Positions 45,845 through 56,019 of a stretch of DNA of 64,000 bases are shown in pieces. This stretch comes from Candidatus Aenigmatarchaeota archaeon (GTDB lineage Archaea; Aenigmatarchaeota; Aenigmatarchaeia; GW2011-AR5; JAHLMP01): NCBI GenBank assembly GCA_018920315.1, contig JAHLMP010000003.1:43472-107471 (forward strand). The letters run 5' to 3'. The notes beneath the pieces were generated by a model that was not told the origin of the DNA, did no database searches, and was given only the letters and a program-made list of their open reading frames with translations. The position numbers and the translations under genes were made by a program. How positions within the stretch are numbered: the stretch's first letter is position 1; every line of letters begins with the position of its first letter.

Positions 45845-46324
45845 ATGTTTAAAATTTTCAAGCAAAAATTCAAAGGAAAGGAGGAGAGAAAAGAAAGGGA
45901 GAAAATTGAAGTAAACGAAGAAATGAAAAAGAGGGCAAGCGAGTTTCAAAGATTCTTCGAGATTTATCATTTTAATAACGAAGAAGAAAGAAAAAATGCT
46001 TATAATGATTTTTCAGAGCTTCTTTTACTAAACCCTGAGCTTATTAAACATAGCTCTGAGGAAATAGCAAAAAGGGCCGAAGATTATGCTAAAAATAATA
46101 TAGATTTAATAATCGTTCAAGCGGAATATAGATTTGCAAGTGGCATTGCCTTGCTAGAAGGTAATGTAGATGCGCTAGTAAATTATCTTACAAGATTTAA
46201 TGAAATAAGAGAAAGGCGTGGAAATGAAAGAATGTTTGATTGGACTATAAAAAACCCAGTAAGAGCTGTAGAGGTTGCAAAAGCATTTTATGAATGGAAA
46301 AAATCAAATAGAGGGGTTAAATAA
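45845..46324 (+). CDS. hypothetical protein
   Basis: 159-aa ORF, helical and charged. No recognised motif. Confidence 0.5.
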   Translation: MFKIFKQKFKGKEERKEREKIEVNEEMKKRASEFQRFFEIYHFNNEEERKNAYNDFSELLLLNPELIKHSSEEIAKRAEDYAKNNIDLIIVQAEYRFASGIALLEGNVDALVNYLTRFNEIRERRGNERMFDWTIKNPVRAVEVAKAFYEWKKSNRGVK

Positions 46325-46542
46325 ATTGAGAATTTTAAAGAGTATCAAGAATTTTAATCATTGAATAGCTAAATCTTCAAAAACTAAAATTTTTCTTCCA
46401 ATATGAAAAATAGAGCCTTAGGCTTTAGAGGCATAGAAAAGAAGCTTTTATTATCTTTGATATTTGCATTAAGAAAATATTAAGAAGAAGATACAAGAAT
46501 AATATCTATACTAATTAAAAATTTTTAGATTGAGAATGAATT

Positions 46543-48525
46543 ATGAATAGATATGAGGAATTCTTAAGAATAGAAGAGAATCTAAAAGCATTAGTAGAAG
46601 CCTGTGAAGCAAGAAGAATTATTATTGATTTTAATAAGCTAGACCTTTTTGACCCAAGCATAGCGGATAAGCTATTAGAATCGCCAGACGAAGTAATTGC
46701 TGATTTTGAAAAAGCAATTGAAAATATAGAACTTCCAGAGCATGAGAAGATAAATGTAAGGATAAGGAATCTTCCATCACATAGAAACATAAGAATAAGA
46801 AACCTTAGAGCAAAGCATATAAATAAGCTTGTAGAGATAGAAGGCGTTGTCAAGGCTGCTTCTGAGGTAAAGCCACAGATATATGAAGCGATATTTCAAT
46901 GTCCTGAGTGTGGAAATCAAATTGCTGTAGAGCAAAAAGGCGTCACATTAAAAACTCCTGTAGCATGTGATTGTGGAAGAAGAGGGATTTTCAAGCTTAT
47001 AGACACAAAAAAATATGACATAAGATGGCTAACTTTAGAGGAACCTTATGAAATAACAACTGGAGAAAGACCTGGAAAAATTAATGTATTGCTGAAAGAA
47101 GATTTGACTACGCCTGAGATGCAAAGAAAAACAGACCCTGGAAATCAATTAAAGATTGTAGGAATACTTAGGGAGATGCAAAGAAAAGTACAAGGAAAAG
47201 TATCAACAAGACCTGATATTTATTTTGAGGCAATTTATTTAGAGCCAAAAGAAGAAGAGTTTGAAGATATTCAAATCACTGAAGAGGATAGAAAAAAGAT
47301 TGAAGAGCTTGCAAAAGATCCTAATATTTATGATATTTTAATAGATTCTCTTGCGCCAAGCATCTATGGGTGGCGTGAGATTAAGGAAGCGATATTATTA
47401 CAACTTTTTGGAGGAGTGCGTCACAAATTTGAAGATGGTACATATGTTAGAGGAAATATTCACATTTTAATTACAGGCGATCCTTCTACAGCGAAATCTG
47501 TTTTATTATCTAATGTAGTTAAAGCATTGCCTAGAGGCAGGTATGTTTCAGGAAAAGGTGTAACTGGAAGTGGACTCACTACTACAGTAATAAAAAACGA
47601 ACTACTTGGTGGCTGGGTTCTTGAAGCTGGAGCTTTAGTTCTTGCTAACAAATCAATACTTGCGATAGATGAGTTTGATAAGATGAGTAAAGATGACCAA
47701 ATAGCGATGCACGAAGCCATGAGCCTAGAAACAATTAGCATTGCTAAAGCTAGTATAGTAGCAACTTTGCCAGCACAAACCTCTGTATTAGCAGCAGCTA
47801 ATCCAAAGCTTGGAAGATTTGACCCTTTTCGCTCTATTGTTGATCAAGTAGCAATTCCTGAAACTTTATTAAGTAGATTTGACTTAAAGTTCGCTTTAAG
47901 AGATGTTCCTGCAAAAGAGCAGGATGAAGCAATGGTAGAGCATGTCACGCGTTCAAGGATGTATCCTGAAAGTGTAAAGCCAAGAATAGATTTGCAGATG
48001 CTTCGCAAGTATATAAGCTATGCAAGAAAGGTTTGCGAAGATATAAAGATGAGCGAAGAGGCTTCGGAGATGCTAAAAAGATTTTATGTTGAGATGAGAA
48101 GCGCCTACTCTTCTGAAGGAGGAAGCGTTCCTATAACATTAAGGCAATTTGAAGCTCTAATAAGGCTTGCTGAAGCTTCTGCAAAGGTTAGATTGGATAA
48201 TTATGTTAGAAAGGAAGACGCTGAGAGGGCAATAAGATTAATGAAATACTCACTTCAGCAACTTGGATATGATGTTGAGAGCGGTAGATTTGATATTGAT
48301 AAGCTTGAAAGTGGTATTACTGCAAGCCAAAGAAGTAAGATGAGAATAGTTTTGGACCTTATAGATGAATTGGAAACAAAATTAGGAGAAAAGAATATTC
48401 CGATAGAAGATGTTAAAGCTGCTGCAGAAGAGCGTGGCATAGTAGAAATTGATGAAATCTTAGAAAAACTTCAAAGCGAGGGCATAATATTTCAGCCAAA
48501 GCCAGGCTATATAAGAAAGGTTTAA
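46543..48525 (+). CDS. mcm: MCM replicative helicase
   Basis: 660 aa with a Zn finger (CPECGN...CDCG), Walker A (ILITGDPSTAKS), Walker B (AIDEFDKM), an arginine finger (SRFDL) and a C-terminal winged helix. Confidence 0.95.
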   Translation: MNRYEEFLRIEENLKALVEACEARRIIIDFNKLDLFDPSIADKLLESPDEVIADFEKAIENIELPEHEKINVRIRNLPSHRNIRIRNLRAKHINKLVEIEGVVKAASEVKPQIYEAIFQCPECGNQIAVEQKGVTLKTPVACDCGRRGIFKLIDTKKYDIRWLTLEEPYEITTGERPGKINVLLKEDLTTPEMQRKTDPGNQLKIVGILREMQRKVQGKVSTRPDIYFEAIYLEPKEEEFEDIQITEEDRKKIEELAKDPNIYDILIDSLAPSIYGWREIKEAILLQLFGGVRHKFEDGTYVRGNIHILITGDPSTAKSVLLSNVVKALPRGRYVSGKGVTGSGLTTTVIKNELLGGWVLEAGALVLANKSILAIDEFDKMSKDDQIAMHEAMSLETISIAKASIVATLPAQTSVLAAANPKLGRFDPFRSIVDQVAIPETLLSRFDLKFALRDVPAKEQDEAMVEHVTRSRMYPESVKPRIDLQMLRKYISYARKVCEDIKMSEEASEMLKRFYVEMRSAYSSEGGSVPITLRQFEALIRLAEASAKVRLDNYVRKEDAERAIRLMKYSLQQLGYDVESGRFDIDKLESGITASQRSKMRIVLDLIDELETKLGEKNIPIEDVKAAAEERGIVEIDEILEKLQSEGIIFQPKPGYIRKV

Positions 48526-48627
48526 GTTCGCATAATTAATGTTCAAATAAGGAATAAAATTTTTCTATACAAGATTTCTATCAGATTAAAGCTAAAACGT
48601 AATAAATTTAATTGAATTTATGATTTA

Positions 48628-48671
48628 TTGATTAATAGCATTTTACTTTATTACCGTTTGGCTTATAATCT
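48628..48671 (+). repeat. island repeat, copy A (distal half only)
   Basis: TTGATTAATAGCATTTTACTTTATTACCGTTTGGCTTATAATCT aligns with the distal end of copies C and G. Similarity to copy C continues weakly to about 48790. Confidence 0.6.
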
Positions 48672-49166
48672 ATTAGTGCAATAATTAATAAAAAGTAAAG
48701 CCTTTGCTCTTAATATAACTTGTATCATCATTAGTCAGATAATAGCAGTTCAGTTGCTATAGTTGCAGTGTCATTAATTAGTATGAAGTCTTGGATTGAT
48801 TTATTTCTATCTTTGTTGGTTTTAGCTAACAACAAACTTAATTCAGAAGTTTTTGCTAACCTTTTCTTTTCTATTTTTGTTATCTTCAAAGGTTAGCTTT
48901 TTATCTAATATGGTTTTAGATCTTTCTATGATATAGTAAAAATACTGTGGATTTTCTATATATTCTCTTCAGTAACTATAGCTTTTCTATTTGAAGCTGA
49001 AAAATTAAAAACTTCCTGAAGATTATTTCTTTTAAAAAAAATCAATTGCTTATTCCCTTAATCTTAGAAATCTGTATGCTTTGTTATATCTCATAACATC
49101 TATTGCATAAGGCACAAACATAAGGTCGCTTAAAAATTTAAATACTTTGTGTCATAATAGATACAT

Positions 49167-49745
49167 ATGTGTCAAAAAAGAAACAGAATTTTAATTTTAT
49201 TTTGTTCTGACTTTAGAAGGAAGCTCTATCTCAGAGAGATTTCTAAACTGTCTAAAATTCCATTAAAAACAACATCTCGTATTATGAAAGATTTGGAAGA
49301 AAAAAATATTATTAGATATAATCTTGAAGGAAAACACAAGTATTTTGAACTAAATTTAGATAACATCGAAACAAAGTTTCTCTTAATAGAGGCTGAAATT
49401 AGTAAAATGTTTTCTTTTCTTAAAAAGTATCCTATATTTAATTCGTTTTTAAAGGACATAACTCTTGTTAATGGAATTATTTGTGTATTTGGTAGTTTCT
49501 CAGAACTCAAAGCAACGAAAGATAGCGATCTTGACATTTTAATTGTGTCTGACAAAAAAATTGAGTTGCCAAAGCATTTATTGCCTTACAAAACTAATGA
49601 GATACATTTGAATAGAAAAGAGTTCCTATCAGCCTTAAGTAAAGGTGAGCCACTTGTAAGAGAGATTTTAGCAAATCATACAATCCTACACAATCATAGT
49701 AGCTTTATTGATATTCTATGGTGGTATTATGGAAAAAAGAGTTAA
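49167..49745 (+). CDS. wHTH-fused minimal nucleotidyltransferase (MNT-type)
   Basis: 192 aa with an N-terminal wHTH (YLREISKLSKIPLKTTSRIMKDLEEKNII) and the NTase motif VFGSFSELKATKDSDLDILIV. Confidence 0.85.
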   Translation: MCQKRNRILILFCSDFRRKLYLREISKLSKIPLKTTSRIMKDLEEKNIIRYNLEGKHKYFELNLDNIETKFLLIEAEISKMFSFLKKYPIFNSFLKDITLVNGIICVFGSFSELKATKDSDLDILIVSDKKIELPKHLLPYKTNEIHLNRKEFLSALSKGEPLVREILANHTILHNHSSFIDILWWYYGKKS

Positions 49746-50199
49746 ATGGTGTTTTAGAGTAAAAGATGGGGCAAAAATGACTAAACCAAGCAAGATCATT
49801 TCAGACTCATATATAGAATTAGCGAAAAATACATTAAAAAGAGTTGAAACTATGTTAAATGAGAAGGATTTCTTATGGGCTACTGTTATGATTTACTATG
49901 CTGAATATTATGCTCTTTATTCGTTTTTGAGAAGAATTGGTATAAAATGTGAAAATCATTTTTGTTCTATTTTATTAGCAACATGTTTGCTGGGAAAAGA
50001 AATAACTAAAACAATTGAAGAACATAAAGATAGAAGAATTGATGCCCAGTATTATCTGAGGATCGTTAGGGAAGATAAGATAAATGAGATGTTTAGATCT
50101 GCAAAAATCTTTGTAGCAGAATTTGAAGATATTGTTTCAAAAATAAATGAAAGGAAAATTAGATTTTTTAGAAATAAGATTAAAAGATTGCTAAGATGA
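49729..50199 (+). CDS. HEPN domain protein (partner of the preceding NTase)
   Basis: All-alpha ~155-aa protein that overlaps the NTase stop. It carries a YYAEYYALYSFL helix and a DRRIDAQYY block equivalent to the R-x-x-x-Y region of its paralogues. The track ORF starts at 49708. Confidence 0.7.
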   Translation: MEKRVKWCFRVKDGAKMTKPSKIISDSYIELAKNTLKRVETMLNEKDFLWATVMIYYAEYYALYSFLRRIGIKCENHFCSILLATCLLGKEITKTIEEHKDRRIDAQYYLRIVREDKINEMFRSAKIFVAEFEDIVSKINERKIRFFRNKIKRLLR

Positions 50200-50210
50200 T
50201 CGCTTGTTGT

Positions 50211-50280
50211 AAATAGCACGCGAAGAAAATAATTCAAAATATTTTCCTCGTTAAGCAATGCTGCTTTGAAATCCTTCATC
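50211..50280 (+). repeat. island repeat, copy B
   Basis: AAATAGCACGCGAAGAAAATAATTCAAAATATTTTCCTCGTTAAGCAATGCTGCTTTGAAATCCTTCATC, starting 11 nt after the HEPN stop. Confidence 0.8.
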
Positions 50281-50607
50281 TTTAGCTTTTATCTAGATCA
50301 ATCCATTTCTCATTTGCAAAATATCTATATGGCAAGTTAATCGTAGAGTAGTAATTCTTAAGAGAGTGGTGATTCTTAAAATTCTTCTTAGTTTTTGCTA
50401 GTTTTTGCTAGCGCAACCATAATTCTACTTTATTAGCCAAATTCATTTTTCTAGGTTTTCCTACACATATCCTAAGAAGTGCTATAAGAAGAAAATGTCA
50501 AGCAAATAGAGAAGGTTAAGTAAAACAATTATGATTAGAGTAAGTATTAAACATTAGTGGAATATAATGTACTAAAAATTTAAATATAAGTGGAATTAAT
50601 AAATATT

Positions 50608-51912
50608 ATGGAAGAAAAGGAGCTTTTAAAATATAACGAGTGGTGGGAAACAGGAAAGGTAAGCGAAAAAAATTTAGAAGCATATAAAAGATATCTTTTT
50701 TACATAATTTTGAAATTCATTCAAGATAGACAAATTATACTAATAACTGGATTGAGACGTGTTGGTAAAACGAAATTGCTCTATCAAATTATTCATAATT
50801 TGCTTGAAAATGGAGTTGATCCAAGAAAAATCCTTTATTTTTCATTTGATGAAGAAGCTTTTGATATAAAAGATGTTTTAGAAACTTATAAAAAGAGTAT
50901 TTTGAGAAAGGATTTTAAAGATGTTGATAGAATTTATGTGTTTTTTGATGAGGTTCATAAGTGTAAAGATTGGGAAAACAAGATAAAGGTTTATTATGAT
51001 TTAAATCCAAACATCAAATTCTTTCTTTCTGGCTCAGCATCTCTAATAATCTCGAAACAAGCAAAAGAAAGCTTGGCTGGAAGAATTTATGAGTTCGTTC
51101 TCAAGCCATTAACATTTAAAGAATTTTTAGAAATGAAAAATGTTGAAGTAAGTTTTGAAGATGCAAAGCTTTTCAATGAAAAGATTTTGCTTTATTTTAT
51201 TGATTTTGTTAGAAAGGCCGGATTCCCAGAAATAATTAATGAAGATGATGATGAAAAAATTAGAACATATATAAAACTATCAGTTGTTGAAAGAATAATT
51301 TACAAAGACATACCAAAACAATTTGGAAAAACTGATATAGAGCTATTGGAAAATTTAACTAACATGTTTTTCAAAAACCCTGGATTAATTCTAAATTTTG
51401 AAAATTTGTCTAAAGACTTGAGAAGGGATAAGAAAACGATAATGAATTATGTTTATTATCTCAAGTTTTCTTTATTGATAAACTTGGTTTCAAATTTTAG
51501 AATAAGTATTCTCGCAACCTCAAGAAAAAATAGAAAGGTTTATCCAGTATCATCTTCTCTAATTTTCTCATTATATGGAATGTTTGATAGAAATATTTGG
51601 GGAAAGGTTTTAGAATCAATTTTTTGCAGCGAGACTGAAGCAAAATATTATTTCAGAAAAGGTAAAAAAGAGATAGATTTCTTGATATTAAAAGACAATA
51701 AAATAATTCCAGTTGAAATTAAGTATGCAATTTCTGAAAGTGAAATAAAGGATTTTATATCTTTATTAAAAAGCTTAAACATTAACAAAGGAATTATTCT
51801 CACATTTGACAAATTCGAAAAAATTCATGAGAAAAATTTTAAAATATTAATCTATCCTCTATGGCTTTACCTCCTTTTTGAAGATAGAATTCTAGAGGAA
51901 CTTGATTTTTAA
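50608..51912 (+). CDS. AAA+ ATPase, AAA_14/DUF4143 type
   Basis: N-terminal YNEWWETGKV, Walker A ITGLRRVGKTKL and Walker B-like YVFFDEVH, with a C-terminal PD-(D/E)xK-like EIDFLILKD...PVEIKY. The ATG at 50608 is preferred to the track GTG at 50590. Confidence 0.85.
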   Translation: MEEKELLKYNEWWETGKVSEKNLEAYKRYLFYIILKFIQDRQIILITGLRRVGKTKLLYQIIHNLLENGVDPRKILYFSFDEEAFDIKDVLETYKKSILRKDFKDVDRIYVFFDEVHKCKDWENKIKVYYDLNPNIKFFLSGSASLIISKQAKESLAGRIYEFVLKPLTFKEFLEMKNVEVSFEDAKLFNEKILLYFIDFVRKAGFPEIINEDDDEKIRTYIKLSVVERIIYKDIPKQFGKTDIELLENLTNMFFKNPGLILNFENLSKDLRRDKKTIMNYVYYLKFSLLINLVSNFRISILATSRKNRKVYPVSSSLIFSLYGMFDRNIWGKVLESIFCSETEAKYYFRKGKKEIDFLILKDNKIIPVEIKYAISESEIKDFISLLKSLNINKGIILTFDKFEKIHEKNFKILIYPLWLYLLFEDRILEELDF

Positions 51913-51914
51913 GC

Positions 51915-52070
51915 AAACAGCACGCGAATAAAATAATTCAAAATAAACTTTTTCATCGAACAAGGACATTTAAAGTCTTTAGCAGCAAGCTTAGTTCTAC
52001 TTGCTAGAGCTAAAGCATAGATTGTTAACTGATTAATAGCATTCATTTTTCAGCATCTGGCTTATAATCT
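51915..52070 (+). repeat. island repeat, copy C (full length)
   Basis: AAACAGCACGCGAATAAAATAATTCAAAATAAAC...GCAAGCTTAGTTCTACTTGCTAGAGCTAAAGCATAGATTGTTAACTGATTAATAGCATTCATTTTTCAGCATCTGGCTTATAATCT, starting 2 nt after the ATPase stop. Confidence 0.8.
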
Positions 52071-52200
52071 AAAATGTGGATTAATTCATTCTTCAGTTGC
52101 AAAATGTCTATTGCTATTCTTGTGCTATCATTTATTAGCATAAAGTTTGTATGCAAGGGGTCTTTCTTGCTTTTAAATAGTAATGCTAGCTTTGGCGATG

Positions 52201-52234
52201 ATAAATTTTATATATCAAATGATATAAAATTTAT
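52201..52234. promoter_or_regulatory. 13-bp perfect inverted repeat just upstream of the NTase start (candidate operator)
   Basis: ATAAATTTTATAT (52201-52213) pairs with ATATAAAATTTAT (52222-52234). The ATG is at 52238. Confidence 0.45.
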
Positions 52235-52237
52235 ATC

Positions 52238-52819
52238 ATGAAGAAAATAGAAATTTTGGAAAAGATTTATTTGAATCCTGGAATACACTTGAGAGAAATA
52301 GCGAGAAGAACAGGGCTTAGTATACCAGCAGTAAAAAATCACATAGATAAATTTCTAAGAGAAAAGGTTATAACAAAAAAGAAAGAAGGAAGGAATGTTA
52401 AGTTTTTCATCAACTTTAAGAGCAGAAAGATCATACCATATCTATCTGAGGTAGAGACATTTAGGTTGGAAAAGTTGCCTGAAAGGGTTGGCAACGCTGT
52501 AGTAGATCTTCTCTCTATTCTAGAAAATAAACCTTTAGTTACAATAATTTTTGGGTCTTATGCAAAAGATGATTACACCAAAGAGAGCGACCTAGATATT
52601 TTACTTGTCTTTAACAAAATAGATAGGGAAATAGAAGAAAAAACTAAATTAATTTGTTCCCGTTATTACCTAAAGGTTCGGCCTGTTTATCTGTCGTGGA
52701 AAGAATTTAAAGAAAAATTCTTCGACACTAAAAACGTCTTCATGCGCGAGATAAGAGAAAATAAGCTCATTGTCAATGGTATTGAATATTGGGTGATGCT
52801 GGAAAATGAAAAGGCCTAA
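52238..52819 (+). CDS. wHTH-fused minimal nucleotidyltransferase (MNT-type)
   Basis: 193 aa with a wHTH (HLREIARRTGLSIPAVKNHIDKFLREKVI) and IFGSYAKDDYTKESDLDILLV. Confidence 0.85.
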   Translation: MKKIEILEKIYLNPGIHLREIARRTGLSIPAVKNHIDKFLREKVITKKKEGRNVKFFINFKSRKIIPYLSEVETFRLEKLPERVGNAVVDLLSILENKPLVTIIFGSYAKDDYTKESDLDILLVFNKIDREIEEKTKLICSRYYLKVRPVYLSWKEFKEKFFDTKNVFMREIRENKLIVNGIEYWVMLENEKA

Positions 52820-53360
52820 CTGGAAAGTTTGGTTAGAAAACAGAAAGGAATGTAAGAAATGGAACAATTTCTATCTACAAAAGAAAATTCTAAGAAAACA
52901 GAGTTTAAAACCTAAAGATTACTTTATAAAGGCCTTACATAATTTAGATTTTGCGAACTGGATTTATGAAAAACATAAAAATGAGATAAAGAACTTATTT
53001 GGTGAACAAAGATTTTTTGATTGGGTAATTGTGATTTACTACTATGCTATCTACCATGCTGCTCTTGCTCTAATAGCTTCTAAAAATTTGTTTTCTAAAT
53101 CTCATTTAGCTACTTTGAATGCGCTAATTCTATATTTTTACCATGAGAAAAAAATAGAGAAGGAAGATGTAGAGATTGTGATTGAATCTATTTCTAAAGT
53201 TCTTGAAAGAGAAGATATAGAAACTATAGTAGAAACAAAGGAATTAAGGGAGAGAGCTAGTTACGGAGCAAGCTACGAATTTGAAGAATCTTTAGTAGAA
53301 ACTGCAAAATCGAATGCAATAAAGTTTATAGAAAAGGTTAGAAGCATATTAGAGATATAA
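52806..53360 (+). CDS. HEPN domain protein
   Basis: 184 aa, overlapping the NTase end by 14 nt. It has IYYYAIYHAALALIASKNLFSKSH and ELRERASYGASYE blocks. Confidence 0.75.
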   Translation: MKRPNWKVWLENRKECKKWNNFYLQKKILRKQSLKPKDYFIKALHNLDFANWIYEKHKNEIKNLFGEQRFFDWVIVIYYYAIYHAALALIASKNLFSKSHLATLNALILYFYHEKKIEKEDVEIVIESISKVLEREDIETIVETKELRERASYGASYEFEESLVETAKSNAIKFIEKVRSILEI

Positions 53361-53371
53361 TTATTTCTGAG

Positions 53372-53463
53372 AAATAGCATGCTAAGAAAATAATTCAAAA
53401 TATTTTCCTCGTTAAGTAATGCTGCTTTGAAATCCTTTACTGCAAGCTCTGTTCTCAAACTAA
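53372..53463 (+). repeat. island repeat, copy D
   Basis: AAATAGCATGCTAAGAAAATAATTCAAAATATTTTCCTCGTTAAGTAATGCTGCTTTGAAATCCTTTACTGCAAGCTCTGTTCTCAAACTAAG, starting 11 nt after the HEPN stop. Confidence 0.8.
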
Positions 53464-53473
53464 GTATAAGATA

Positions 53474-53888
53474 TTATCTTGCTAGTTCTCTTTCTATAAT
53501 AGATTTTAGTTTCAAGAATAAAGTTTTACCCATTTCTACATTTCTTTCTACTGTTTCTTCACTTAGAATCTTACCATAATATTTTATCCCATGCCTCTTC
53601 TTTTTTAATTTGTGTAATAATTCTGTTTCATAATTATCAAGGTATTTTCCTCTCAAAAATTCGATTGCACATTCATGGGGAAAGAGTTTTTAACCCTTCT
53701 AAAGCCAGAAAAGCGTGGCATAATTCGATGACAGATTCATAAATACCTTCAAGCACAAATATTGAACAGCCTTTAGAAGAAAAGAAATTAAATCTACTAG
53801 AGGCCATTTTGAAGAGGGATTTTGCTAATTCTTTATCTTTAGTTCTTTTTTCTACCAAGTTTAGTCTAACACATTTTTCCCAATTCAT
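53474..53888 (-). pseudogene. HEPN gene split by a 1-nt frameshift in a C4 (plus-strand G4) run
   Basis: ORFs 53673..53888 (...ALEGLKTLSP*) and 53474..53656 (RGKYLDNYE...KKKRHGIKYYG...) are the N and C halves of one HEPN. Deleting one C from the run at 53677-53680 gives ...LEGLKTLSHECAIEFLRGKYL..., which restores the conserved S-H helix. Confidence 0.75.
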
Positions 53889-54421
53889 TACAAGACCTTG
53901 AAGTATCCTTTTATTACAAAACCATTAATGAGATTATTAAGCAATTCTGGATTTTCTTTTTTTACTATTTCTAAGTTTTTTACAAATAGCAAAGAGATAT
54001 TTCTATTCAATTCCTTCTCTATTTTTTTAAAATTAATTTCAACTTCTTTTGCACCGATAATGCACAAGTCAAAATCACTATTTTCTATATCCTCGCCTCT
54101 AGAAGCAGAACCAAAAAGTATTATTGCATCAAAGTCCTCTAGCTCTTTTTCTATGATATTACCAATCTCAAAAGCTTTTAGTAAATTGTAAATTATTTTA
54201 TATTTTTTATAGTTTTCACTTTCACAGTTTGCTTTGAAGATAGATAAATTTTTTTCCTTACTTTCGAGTATCATACCTTCTCTTTTTAGTCTACTAATTG
54301 AAAATCTAACCTTTACTGGGCTCCATTTTAGTAATCTACATATCTCTCGTAAATGAAACGAATAAAGAGGTTTTTTAATAAACAGTTCTAATAATTTCCA
54401 TTCGTTATATTTTTCTAACAT
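53888..54421 (-). CDS. wHTH-fused minimal nucleotidyltransferase (MNT-type)
   Basis: 177 aa with a wHTH (HLREICRLLKWSPVKVRFSISRLKREGMI) and ILFGSASRGEDIENSDFDLCIIG. Its stop overlaps the start of the split HEPN. Confidence 0.85.
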   Translation of the reverse strand: MLEKYNEWKLLELFIKKPLYSFHLREICRLLKWSPVKVRFSISRLKREGMILESKEKNLSIFKANCESENYKKYKIIYNLLKAFEIGNIIEKELEDFDAIILFGSASRGEDIENSDFDLCIIGAKEVEINFKKIEKELNRNISLLFVKNLEIVKKENPELLNNLINGFVIKGYFKVL

Positions 54422-54433
54422 ATGTAATATTTT

Positions 54434-54449
54434 TATATCAATTGATATA
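54434..54449. promoter_or_regulatory. perfect 16-bp palindrome upstream of the minus-strand NTase (candidate operator)
   Basis: TATATCAATTGATATA, 13 nt upstream of the start at 54421. Confidence 0.45.
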
Positions 54450-54465
54450 TAAATCTAACGTTTAT

Positions 54466-54550
54466 AAACTGCATGAAGAAGAAAAATTCATAATAAGCTT
54501 TGTCATTAAATGCTGCTTTGAAATCCTTTAATTACGAGCTTAGTTCTCTC
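54466..54550 (+). repeat. island repeat, copy E
   Basis: AAACTGCATGAAGAAGAAAAATTCATAATAAGCTTTGTCATTAAATGCTGCTTTGAAATCCTTTAATTACGAGCTTAGTTCTCTC. It has the same orientation as the other copies although both flanking genes are on the minus strand. Confidence 0.75.
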
Positions 54551-55884
54551 TAGGAAATGAGGGACAAAAACAAGCTAACAGGAAGTATTAAAATATTATT
54601 GGCTTCATCAAAGTTTAATATATCTTTAGAAAGTATAATTTTATTTTTTATATCAACTTTTGGAAAATCTTTAAAACTAACTCCTTCTTGCCATTTGACT
54701 TCAATACCGAAATCGCCAAAGCAAATGTCAATCTCCTTTTTGTTATGATAGAAGCCTATTTTTAGTTTATCCTTTATACATCTTGTTAAATTTTCAACAA
54801 CAATACCCTCAACGATCTTCTCATAGTTTTCTATCTCTTTTTTTCCGGTTAATTTTCTCTGTATTACATGATACAAGAAAGGATCTATAAAATATACTTT
54901 TCTCATCTTTCTGTAAACTACAAGTTTTTTATTTAAATCAAAAGTGTGAAAGTTTTTAATTACAAACAAATCTTCTAATATTTCTAAATATTCTCTTACT
55001 GTTACATGAGATCCTATCTCTACTTCTTTTGCAATTGAACTAAGGGAAAATTTTGTTGAATAATTTTTTAATATACCCAAAAGCAAGCCACTAACTATCT
55101 TTTCGCTTCTATTTATCTTTGCTATATCGTGGATTAGCCATTTCCAGTAAATGTCATAAGTTTCCTCTTTTATATCTCCATTTTCCATTAATTCATAAAA
55201 AGCCCTTGGAAATCCTCCGCATTTTAAATATTTAAAGAAAAGCTTGTTGAGCTCGTCGATATAGAAAAACATCTTTTTTGCTTTTCCAAAAACTTCATTT
55301 AAGTTAATAAAATTGATCTTTTCCAAATTTTTCTTTAACTCTTCACTTCCAAATATATTTATGAATGATCGAAATGAAAGAGGGAGAAATTCTTTTATTT
55401 CAATTGCTCTGCCAGGAAAGCTTTCCTTTTTAAGTGCTAGGGAAGAGGAGCCAGTTATATAAAAAATTTTTTCTTTTGATAATGGCGAATCTAGAATATA
55501 TTTTACTGCTCTTTCCCAATTCTCTACAAAACTTATTTCATCAAGAAAAACGTATTTTTCACCTTCTATAAACATATCAAGCTTTCTAACAAGCTCTATT
55601 ATTTCTTCAAAATTTCTTAACATTTCGCAGCTAAAATAGAATACCTTCTTAGGGTCTATGCCTTTGTTGAACAATAAATCATATATCAAAAGCTTAAAAT
55701 AGGTTGTTTTTCCAGTTTGTCTTGGACCAAAGAAAAGCATGTTAGATTTCCTTTCAAAACTATACAAAAGCTTGCTATTTCTTGAGAAAGCTTCTTTTAT
55801 TTTATCATCTTCTAATATTCTATCCTTAGATATCCACCAAGGATTTTGTTCTCTAATTAATGTTTCATCTACCATAATTGACAA
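54550..55884 (-). CDS. AAA+ ATPase, AAA_14/DUF4143 type
   Basis: EQNPWWISKD, Walker A FFGPRQTGKTTY, Walker B-like YVFLDEISF, and a C-terminal EIDICFGDFGIEVKW nuclease-like block. Confidence 0.85.
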   Translation of the reverse strand: MSIMVDETLIREQNPWWISKDRILEDDKIKEAFSRNSKLLYSFERKSNMLFFGPRQTGKTTYFKLLIYDLLFNKGIDPKKVFYFSCEMLRNFEEIIELVRKLDMFIEGEKYVFLDEISFVENWERAVKYILDSPLSKEKIFYITGSSSLALKKESFPGRAIEIKEFLPLSFRSFINIFGSEELKKNLEKINFINLNEVFGKAKKMFFYIDELNKLFFKYLKCGGFPRAFYELMENGDIKEETYDIYWKWLIHDIAKINRSEKIVSGLLLGILKNYSTKFSLSSIAKEVEIGSHVTVREYLEILEDLFVIKNFHTFDLNKKLVVYRKMRKVYFIDPFLYHVIQRKLTGKKEIENYEKIVEGIVVENLTRCIKDKLKIGFYHNKKEIDICFGDFGIEVKWQEGVSFKDFPKVDIKNKIILSKDILNFDEANNILILPVSLFLSLIS

Positions 55885-56019
55885 TTAAATGTCAATAATT
55901 AAATATTTTTTGATAGAAGAATGTCAATAATTTATAATCAATTATATATAACGGCAAGTTTTATAACTAAAATATTTAAGTTTTGACAGACAATTCTTAG
56001 AATTTCCGAATAGATTCGT

